Source: Alphaproteobacteria bacterium
GTDB lineage: Bacteria; Pseudomonadota; Alphaproteobacteria; Rs-D84
NCBI GenBank assembly: GCA_017524525.1
Contig: JAFXVM010000014.1
Coordinates: 5,680-69,679, forward strand
Direction: 5' to 3'
Length of the DNA stretch: 64,000 bases
The notes under the pieces were generated by a model. The model saw nothing but the letters and a program-made list of their open reading frames with translations. It made no database searches and had not been told where the DNA came from. Position 1 is the stretch's first letter; every line of letters begins with the position of its first letter. The position numbers and the translations under genes were made by a program. Positions 18,044 to 25,801 of this stretch are shown one piece after another.

Positions 18044-18862
18044 ATGGCTATTGTTATTAATCCAATTAATCCGGTTGCTTTTTCTGTTTTGGGTTTGCCA
18101 ATTCGTTGGTATGCGTTGGCGTACATCGCGGGTTTTATCATCGGTTATTATTTGTTTAGATATTTGACCAGAAATAAAGATTCTGCGATTTGTGTTTCTA
18201 AAAAGCAACTAGACGATTTATTAACATATATCGTTTTGGGCGTAATCTTGGGTGGCAGATTAGGTTATGTATTATTTTATAATTTGCCATATTTCATAGA
18301 AAATCCATTGGAAATATTTATGCTTTGGCACGGCGGGATGAGTTTTCACGGTGGACTGTTGGGTGTAATAATAGCGACATTTTTATTTGCATCAAAACAA
18401 ACATTCCAAGACAAATCGGTTGTGCGAAATTCGTTTAGAATTTTGGATATATTATCAGTTGTGGTTCCGGTTGGATTGGGGTTGGGGCGTATAGCCAATT
18501 TTATAAATATGGAAATAATGGGGCGTATTACAAATTCACCGTTGGGCGTGGTGTTTAACGGTATATCAACCGAACCGCGTCATGCCAGCCCACTTTACGA
18601 AGCCACACTCGAAGGATTGGTTTTATTTATAATTATGTGGTTGCTTTATACCAAAACAAATCTTAAAAATAAACCGGGCGCAATAAGTGGTCTTCTTTGT
18701 GTGTTTTATGCGATATTCAGGATTTTTTGTGAACAATTTCGTCAACCAGATGCCCAGATTGGCTTTTTGACATCGTGGGGATTGACTATGGGTCAAACTT
18801 TGTCTGGTATAATGTTTGTGATTGGGTTAACTATTTTTGTTTGCGCATCACGTAGAAAATAA
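18044..18862 (+). CDS. lgt: prolipoprotein diacylglyceryl transferase
   Basis: LPIRWYALAYIAGF..., GGRLGYVLFYN, WHGGMSFHGGLLG and GRIANFINMEIMGR motifs. Confidence 0.9.
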   Translation: MAIVINPINPVAFSVLGLPIRWYALAYIAGFIIGYYLFRYLTRNKDSAICVSKKQLDDLLTYIVLGVILGGRLGYVLFYNLPYFIENPLEIFMLWHGGMSFHGGLLGVIIATFLFASKQTFQDKSVVRNSFRILDILSVVVPVGLGLGRIANFINMEIMGRITNSPLGVVFNGISTEPRHASPLYEATLEGLVLFIIMWLLYTKTNLKNKPGAISGLLCVFYAIFRIFCEQFRQPDAQIGFLTSWGLTMGQTLSGIMFVIGLTIFVCASRRK

Positions 18863-18881
18863 TTAATAAACGGAGAATGAA

Positions 18882-19445
18882 ATGAATATCATTTGTTGCC
18901 ATGGGGTTATGTCGCCAGAGCAAGATTGGAATACCAGAACTTACAATGAATTAAAGGGATGGAAAAATTGGCTGCAATTTTATGCAGAATTAAAACATGA
19001 TGTTTTGGTTCAATTACCCAGGTTCCCGCATGCTCACGCAGCATTAATGAAATATAGTGAGTGGGAAAAAATAATGGATAAACAAGATATAAACCCAGAT
19101 ACTGTTTTAATCGGTCATTCCGCGGGCGGTGGTTTCGTTTTGAAATATATGTCTCTGCATCCAGAAATCAAAGTTAAACAAATTGTATTAGTTGCGCCAT
19201 GGTTGGACATTGAAAATTTTCAGCCGTTTGGATTTTACAAGGGCACAGATTTAACAAAAGATATTGTATCGCAAACAAAATTGGGTGTCGATTTAATGTA
19301 TTCTGGTGATGATGATTCATATATTTTAAGCAGTTGTGATGCAATTATAAAAAATATGCCAGATGTCAAAGTTCATAAATTTGTTGGTTATGGACATTTT
19401 GTGACTCCTCAATTGCCAGAAATTATGCAAATTATAAAATTCTAA
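18882..19445 (+). CDS. alpha/beta hydrolase, YdeN/RBBP9-like serine hydrolase
   Basis: About 187 aa, nucleophile elbow IGHSAGG, C-terminal GYGHF. Confidence 0.55.
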   Translation: MNIICCHGVMSPEQDWNTRTYNELKGWKNWLQFYAELKHDVLVQLPRFPHAHAALMKYSEWEKIMDKQDINPDTVLIGHSAGGGFVLKYMSLHPEIKVKQIVLVAPWLDIENFQPFGFYKGTDLTKDIVSQTKLGVDLMYSGDDDSYILSSCDAIIKNMPDVKVHKFVGYGHFVTPQLPEIMQIIKF

Positions 19446-19470
19446 TAAAAACCGCCCAAACGGGCGTTTT

Positions 19471-20856
19471 TTATAATTGCAGAGTTTTATCTACTTTTAT
19501 ATTTTTTGCAAACATTTCATCGTGCGATACCAGCAATATAGCGCCTTGATATTGATTTAGGGCATCTTCAAGGATAGAGATACTTTTAATTTCCAAATTA
19601 TTTGTTGGTTCGTCCAAAATCAATAAATCTGGTTGTGTTTCGCTTCCAAGAACGGCTGCTAGTGTCGCTTTTAATAATTCGCCACCAGATAACACAGATA
19701 CTTTTTTTATTGATTTATCGCCACGAAAGCCAAAATTAGCAGCGATTACATGTGCTTCATGGTTAGACACTTTTGCGATATCTGTTATGTTTTCAACCAC
19801 AGTTTTATTTTTATCAAGAACGGACAAATCTTGGTTAAGATATGCGATTTTGCCAAATGTTTTTATCGTGCCAGATTGAGGTGTTAATTCTTTACAAATT
19901 AGTTTTAACAAAGTAGTTTTTCCAGAACCATTTTTTCCAATCAATCTTAATCTTGTTGCTCCGTACATATTAAAATCAAAATTGGTAAAAATAGTTTTAT
20001 TTTTGTATGCGAAATTCAAACCAGATATTTGTATCAATTCTTTGCTATAGAAAGGTTTATTAGGTAAAGGTATTTTGATTTTATCATCTCGCATTTGCAA
20101 AGATAAATATTGTTGCATTTCAAATTGTTGATTTAATTTTTTTTGAATTATCGCACGCTTTTTTGCTTCTGTTTCTTGGCTTTTTCCTTTCAAAGCATTG
20201 GCAGCCAATCTGCTGCGTTTGCCGTTTTGCATATCTTTTTTTTGTTTTGCTTCGTGATGTTGTCGTGTATTTTGTGCTATGTTAATTGTATCATTAAGGC
20301 GCGCTATGCGTTTTTGAGTATCGGTATATTGAGCGATAATATTTTCTTCTTCGGCTTTTTTCTGTGCGACATAGAAATCATAATTGCCACCATATACTTT
20401 GATATGCTGATTTTGAATCTCGATAATTTTATCTACTTTTTGTAGTAATTCTCTATCATGAGATACAATCACAGCACCAAAAGGATAAGATAGTAAATCA
20501 TTGAAAAATTTTTCTTTGGCGTCTTTGTCGAGATTATTAGTTGGTTCGTCTAATAATAAAATATCTGCATAACTATCAAAAGCGCGCGCTAATTCCAAAG
20601 ATTGCCTTTCGCCACCACTTCTAGAATCACTCGCATTTATTTGATTAAGCATATAAACACTCGCGCCAATCGCAACAGAACCACTTTCTGGCTTAATTTC
20701 TCCAGATAACAATTTTAATAATGTTGTTTTTCCTGTGCCGTTATCACCAACAATTGCTACTTTATCAATATTGTTGAAAGCAACAGAAACCCCATCAAAC
20801 AAAATATTGTTCGCATCATAAGAAAAAAATACATTAGACAAAGAAATAAAATTCAT
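19471..20856 (-). CDS. ABC-F family ATPase (two NBDs, no TMD)
   Basis: Walker A GDNGTGKTT and GKNGSGKTT, signatures SGGERQ and LSGGE, and a charged inter-domain linker. Confidence 0.8.
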   Translation of the reverse strand: MNFISLSNVFFSYDANNILFDGVSVAFNNIDKVAIVGDNGTGKTTLLKLLSGEIKPESGSVAIGASVYMLNQINASDSRSGGERQSLELARAFDSYADILLLDEPTNNLDKDAKEKFFNDLLSYPFGAVIVSHDRELLQKVDKIIEIQNQHIKVYGGNYDFYVAQKKAEEENIIAQYTDTQKRIARLNDTINIAQNTRQHHEAKQKKDMQNGKRSRLAANALKGKSQETEAKKRAIIQKKLNQQFEMQQYLSLQMRDDKIKIPLPNKPFYSKELIQISGLNFAYKNKTIFTNFDFNMYGATRLRLIGKNGSGKTTLLKLICKELTPQSGTIKTFGKIAYLNQDLSVLDKNKTVVENITDIAKVSNHEAHVIAANFGFRGDKSIKKVSVLSGGELLKATLAAVLGSETQPDLLILDEPTNNLEIKSISILEDALNQYQGAILLVSHDEMFAKNIKVDKTLQL

Positions 20857-21103
20857 AACAAAAACCTTTAATGTTGCAAATTAAAACACGTTCATAATTT
20901 TTATGAACAATTCATAGGAAAATACAACATTACATGCGCATCGGTTTTTGTCCTTTTGTTATGTTTTATGTGTCTATTATATTAGGAATATTGAAAAAAT
21001 CAAGTTGCAATTTTTTGTTTGCATATAAAACCTCTTGATTATTATACGCAACTTTTTTAAACTTTCTTGGCAGGTAACAAAAGAAGGGAAAAGAAGGGGA
21101 AAT

Positions 21104-22027
21104 ATGATTCTAAGTGTTTTATTGTTGATATCAGGTTTCATTTTATTGATTTATGGTGCGCATATTTTGGTTGATGGTGCAACTGCATTAGCGCGTAAAT
21201 TTGATATCCCAGAAATAGTCATTGGTTTAACAGTTGTTGCGTGTGGAACCAGTGCTCCTGAGGCAGCAGTATCTATTTCTTCTGTCATATCGGGAAATAG
21301 CGCGGTAGGTGTTGGTAATATTTTAGGTTCAAATATAGTTAACATTTTCGTAATCTTAGGCTTAAGTGCTTTGGTGGCAAATTTGCATGTCAAAAAGAAT
21401 ACAATTTTATACGATATACCTTTCCTTAGTTTTGTTTCGTTGTTGCTTTTATTTATGGGGTGGCGGTATGGTGTGATTTCGCGTGCAGGTTCTTTGTTGT
21501 TTTGTGGATTATTTGTTCTTTTTATGTTGTATTTATACAAAGTCAGTAAAAAACATAAAACCGAAATTCCAGAACCTGTGAATATGTCGATTTTCAAAAT
21601 GTTGCTGTTCATCGTTTTTGGAATCGCCACATTAATTATTGGTGCAAAGTTAATAGTAAACTCTGCGACGAATATAGCGCATTTTTTAAATATTCCGGAA
21701 CGCGTTATTGGATTAACAATTGTTGCTTTTGGAACCAGTTTGCCTGAATTGGTGACATGTGTTGTTGCTGCGTTTAAGCGTCGTTCAGGTATAGTAATTG
21801 GAAACATAGTTGGATCTAATTTGTTTAATATTTTGTTTGTATTGGGGGTAACAGGTTTAATTCAACCAATTCCTTTTGAACATGCGTTTATATTAGATGC
21901 TGCACTAGGTGTCATAGCTACGATATTACTTTGGATATTGGTTTTCAAAGATAAAAAGTTTAACAGAACAGATGGGATAATCTTTTTGTTAATATACATA
22001 ACTTATACAGTTTTGTTGGTAAGGTAA
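21104..22027 (+). CDS. Ca2+/Na+ antiporter (CaCA family, YrbG-like)
   Basis: Two alpha-repeats (GTSAPEAAVS, GTSLPELVT). Polytopic membrane protein. SD GAAGGGGA. Confidence 0.8.
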   Translation: MILSVLLLISGFILLIYGAHILVDGATALARKFDIPEIVIGLTVVACGTSAPEAAVSISSVISGNSAVGVGNILGSNIVNIFVILGLSALVANLHVKKNTILYDIPFLSFVSLLLLFMGWRYGVISRAGSLLFCGLFVLFMLYLYKVSKKHKTEIPEPVNMSIFKMLLFIVFGIATLIIGAKLIVNSATNIAHFLNIPERVIGLTIVAFGTSLPELVTCVVAAFKRRSGIVIGNIVGSNLFNILFVLGVTGLIQPIPFEHAFILDAALGVIATILLWILVFKDKKFNRTDGIIFLLIYITYTVLLVR

Positions 22028-22036
22028 GGAATAAAT

Positions 22037-24652
22037 ATGGTAATAGCGGGTTTAAACAGTAAGCAAGTAATTTTGAATCGTGAAAAATATGGCGCGAATA
22101 TTATGCCAGAACCTCGAAAAAAATCTGTGTGGGATTTTTTTGTAGATGTATTTCGTGACAAAATCAACACGATTTTGTTAATTATGACGATATTGTTTGG
22201 TGTTATGGCGACTTTTGGGTATGGTGAATTTGCGGAAGCAATCGGCATAGGCGCTGTGTTAGTGATTGTATCAATAGTTAATATAATTACTCAAATGCGC
22301 AGTCAATATGCAACAATTAAATTAAGACGTCAGGCATCAAAATTATCTTGTAATGTTTTGCGTAATGGCAAAGTCAGTAATATTGACAGTTCAGAAATAG
22401 TTGTTGATGATATTGTTCTTCTTCAAGCGGGTGAAACTATACCTGCAGATGGATATATTATTAATGGCGAAATAAGTGTGAACAATTCCATTTTAAACGG
22501 CGAAAGTGAAGAAGTTCATAAATATCCAGTTTCTAAATTTATATATAATCGTAATGCTGCTATAACGGCAGATACTTACGTAAACGCGAATCAAATTTTT
22601 GCAGGCACAACAGTCCAAGGTGGTATGGGGGTGATGCGTGTCACCTGTGTTGGTATGGATACAGAAAACGCAAAAATATTAAAAACACTAGGAACAGTAG
22701 CGGAAGTAAAAACAACATTACAATTACAACTTGATAAATTGGCAACGTCTATAAGTAAAATAGGGGGATTTTGTGCTGTTGCGATTGCGATGTTAATGAT
22801 GTCAGTACATTTAACTTCTGGGGAATTTAATACTTTTGGGGGCATTGTGTATGTTATTGTTTCTGCAATCACTTTGGCTTTAACTGTTTTTGTAGCAGCG
22901 GTCCCCGAAGGTTTGCCGTTTATAATTGGAATCATAACCAGTCAAAATGCTCGTAAAATGACAAAGGAAAATCTGTTGGCAAAAAACCCGCACAAGATAC
23001 CAGAGGCTGGCAATATACAACTTTTGTGTACTGACAAAACAGGAACAATTACTTACGGTCAAATGGTGCCGGTTGCAAATTATGCTGGAAACGGTGTAAA
23101 CCTAGGTTTCAATTTTGACAATGTTGGCACGATGAAAGAATTTGTGAACATAATCGTCCTTAACGGGCGTGCAATATTAGATGCAACAGGCAGAATAGTG
23201 GGGGGAACCAGTACAGAACGTGCTTTGTTGCGCGCATTACAAATTTCAGCATATAAAATATCCGCAATAAAACAATCACATAAAATTATAAATAAAATCC
23301 CTTTTGACAGCGCGAATAAATTCTCTATGACGACAGTTAGTTTTGGTAAAAAAATTCGAACTTATATTATGGCTGCGCCTGAAATTATCTTATCACACGC
23401 ATCGCATTATATTGATGAAAAAGGGAATGTGCGTATTTTACACAAATCTAGATTACAGAGTATAATGAATAAAAACACCAAAAATGCGATGCGTTCAATT
23501 GCTACGGCTTATTATGATGGGGATGTTACCGCCGAAAAAATCCCAAATAAATTAGTTTTTGTATCTTTGACTATTCTCAAAGACGAAGTTCGTTCAGGTG
23601 TTATCAAAGTGGTTGATTCTTTGTATAAATCTGGTGTCCAAGTTATGATGATAACAGGTGATAATTTGAATACTGCACAAATGATAGCAGAACAAAGTGG
23701 AATCATAACTGATAAAAATGATATCATCATAAACGCCAAAGAATTTGATGTTTTGCCAGATTATCGCGCTAGAAAAATGCTGCCTAAGATTCGTGTAATT
23801 GCGCGTGCTACGCCTTATACGAAATTGCGTGTTGTAGAATTGGCTCGTAAAAATGGTTTATGCATAGGAATGTGTGGTGATGGAACGAATGATGCACCTG
23901 CATTAAAAGCAGCAGACATAGGTTTTGCCATGGGCGACAGCACAGATGTTTGTAAAAGTGCCAGTGATATAATAATATTAGATAATAATTTTATATCTAT
24001 TGCCAACAGCATATTAATGGGTCGAACTTTTACGCATAATATTGTTAGTTTTTTGCGTTTTCAATTACCAGTGAATTTTATCTTGGTTGGAATATGCGTT
24101 TTCTTCCCGCTTTTTATGGGGTTTGAAGTTTTGAATCCTGTACACATTTTGATAATCAACATAGTAATGGACAGTTTGAATTCTTTGGCGTTTGGTGGTG
24201 AAGCGCCACGCAAAGAATATATGATTGAACCAGTGGTTGGCAAAAAAGCCCCGTTAATAACTTCTGCCACGATTAAATTTGTTTTGTATATAACGGTTTC
24301 AGGATTGTTTATATTTGCATTAACGACAACTTCTTGGTTTCAAAATATGTTTAACACCCAAGATTCGTATTCCAGCGCGCTTTTCGCTTTGTTGGTTATA
24401 ATGGCTATGTTAAATGGTTTTTGTGTTCGTGCGCCGAAATATAACATTTTTGCGGGGATTAAAAATAATCCAATGTTTATGCTGGTTGCGGCAATAGTGT
24501 TTTTTGGAACATACCTTTGTGTCACATTTGGACAAAATGCACTTCATCTTGTGCCGTTAAATGCGCATCAGTGGGGCGCAGTTATATTGTTTGGATTAAT
24601 GATTATCCCGTTGAATTTTTTATATCGTGCGATATTTTCACATCTAAAATAA
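22037..24652 (+). CDS. cation-transporting P-type ATPase (Ca2+-ATPase-like, type IIA/B)
   Basis: CTDKTGTITYG phosphorylation site, MITGDN and GDGTNDAPALK motifs. Confidence 0.9.
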   Translation: MVIAGLNSKQVILNREKYGANIMPEPRKKSVWDFFVDVFRDKINTILLIMTILFGVMATFGYGEFAEAIGIGAVLVIVSIVNIITQMRSQYATIKLRRQASKLSCNVLRNGKVSNIDSSEIVVDDIVLLQAGETIPADGYIINGEISVNNSILNGESEEVHKYPVSKFIYNRNAAITADTYVNANQIFAGTTVQGGMGVMRVTCVGMDTENAKILKTLGTVAEVKTTLQLQLDKLATSISKIGGFCAVAIAMLMMSVHLTSGEFNTFGGIVYVIVSAITLALTVFVAAVPEGLPFIIGIITSQNARKMTKENLLAKNPHKIPEAGNIQLLCTDKTGTITYGQMVPVANYAGNGVNLGFNFDNVGTMKEFVNIIVLNGRAILDATGRIVGGTSTERALLRALQISAYKISAIKQSHKIINKIPFDSANKFSMTTVSFGKKIRTYIMAAPEIILSHASHYIDEKGNVRILHKSRLQSIMNKNTKNAMRSIATAYYDGDVTAEKIPNKLVFVSLTILKDEVRSGVIKVVDSLYKSGVQVMMITGDNLNTAQMIAEQSGIITDKNDIIINAKEFDVLPDYRARKMLPKIRVIARATPYTKLRVVELARKNGLCIGMCGDGTNDAPALKAADIGFAMGDSTDVCKSASDIIILDNNFISIANSILMGRTFTHNIVSFLRFQLPVNFILVGICVFFPLFMGFEVLNPVHILIINIVMDSLNSLAFGGEAPRKEYMIEPVVGKKAPLITSATIKFVLYITVSGLFIFALTTTSWFQNMFNTQDSYSSALFALLVIMAMLNGFCVRAPKYNIFAGIKNNPMFMLVAAIVFFGTYLCVTFGQNALHLVPLNAHQWGAVILFGLMIIPLNFLYRAIFSHLK

Positions 24653-24690
24653 AACCGAAAAAAAACGACCCACTTGGGTCGTTTTTTTAT
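24653..24690. terminator. bidirectional intrinsic terminator between the ATPase and OMP genes
   Basis: A-run, cgaccc-actt-gggtcg, T7. Confidence 0.7.
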
Positions 24691-24701
24691 TAAATGCATA
24701 T

Positions 24702-25316
24702 TTAGAAAATGTATTTAACTGCGCCACCCACAATGTAAGACATATCCATTTCATAACCAGAACGAGTAGGAATAATTGCACGTGCTGTTGCAGACAATGT
24801 CACGTTATGAGTCAATTCGAAATCCATACCTGCTTTTAATTCGGGTGCAAAAGACCATTTTGTAGAAGAATCTGCACCAACAGGATCAATATGATAAGCC
24901 ATCATTCCCAAGCCTGCGCCTAAGACTAAATCAATACGGCTTGCTTTGTCGCCACTGATGCGAATATAGTTGTCATAAGATGCAGAAATATTGAACATAT
25001 CTGCGCTGGCAACTCTATCATCTGTGTATTTATCTTGCACTTTGGAATAAGTGGATTTTGTTGCACTCAAAGTTAAACCGCCGTTATAGATTTGATTATA
25101 TCCGCCTGCACGAACCCCAGATTCTATACCAAAAACAAAGAAATCTGTTGGCATATCAATATGCATTGCGCGTTCCATATCTTTTGCATCATTAGAATAA
25201 ACAGCCCCTTGCAATCCCATAGTTGCACCAACAAAAGGTCTGTATTCCATAGCATTTGCCCCTGCAACTGATACCAACAACGCAGCGACACTTGTTAACA
25301 TAATTTTTGACTTCAT
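24702..25316 (-). CDS. small outer-membrane beta-barrel protein (8-stranded OmpW/Omp25-like)
   Basis: Signal peptide MKSKIMLTSVAALLVSVAGANA. C-terminal ...GGAVKYIF. Confidence 0.7.
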   Translation of the reverse strand: MKSKIMLTSVAALLVSVAGANAMEYRPFVGATMGLQGAVYSNDAKDMERAMHIDMPTDFFVFGIESGVRAGGYNQIYNGGLTLSATKSTYSKVQDKYTDDRVASADMFNISASYDNYIRISGDKASRIDLVLGAGLGMMAYHIDPVGADSSTKWSFAPELKAGMDFELTHNVTLSATARAIIPTRSGYEMDMSYIVGGAVKYIF

Positions 25317-25446
25317 AATATTCTCCTTTGTGTAAAAGCCACGTCGTATATTATACTCTCAAAAGGTCATATAAACAAGAGTTTTATTTTGAATTGACTG
25401 AGAACGAAGATGGGGGTACAATTCAAAAAAACAAAAAGGAAATAAA

Positions 25447-25752
25447 ATGGCTATGATATATTGCCGCGAATGTGGCGCGCGTCATTCAGACAAAGCAAAG
25501 GCTTGCCCAAAATGCGGGTATGTTCAATATGATTTTTCTAAATCAATTGCAATTTATTTATTGTTGTGTTGGTTTTTAGGGATTTTTGGTGCGCATCGTT
25601 TTTATGCCGGCAAACCAGCGTCAGGCGTGGTTATGTTTGTATTATCATGCACAGTAGTTGGTATATTTGTGACTGCGATTTGGGCAATCATAGATTTTAT
25701 AATTGGCGTGTGTAATATAAATACTCCTGAAAAAGTTTTTACAAAAAAATAA
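25447..25752 (+). CDS. TM2 domain protein with an N-terminal zinc ribbon
   Basis: CRECG...CPKCG, then LLCWFLGIFGAHRFYAGK (TM2 signature). Confidence 0.7.
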   Translation: MAMIYCRECGARHSDKAKACPKCGYVQYDFSKSIAIYLLLCWFLGIFGAHRFYAGKPASGVVMFVLSCTVVGIFVTAIWAIIDFIIGVCNINTPEKVFTKK

Positions 25753-25801
25753 AGATTTAAATAATAAAAAAACTCGCGTTCTGCGAGTTTTTTTATTGCG
25801 T

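Noticed and set aside
21151-21807. Long antisense or overlapping ORFs from the track (e.g. 21151-21807, 1866-2396, 31404-32009, 54852-55346, 10526-10891, 50615-51079).
   Set aside because: They lie entirely inside well-supported genes on the opposite strand. They have low-complexity or biased composition and no SD or motifs. They are shadow ORFs.
21104-24652. Ca2+/Na+ antiporter plus P-type ATPase as a novel system.
   Set aside because: Both are ordinary, complete transporters with canonical motifs. Adjacent calcium-handling genes are not unusual.
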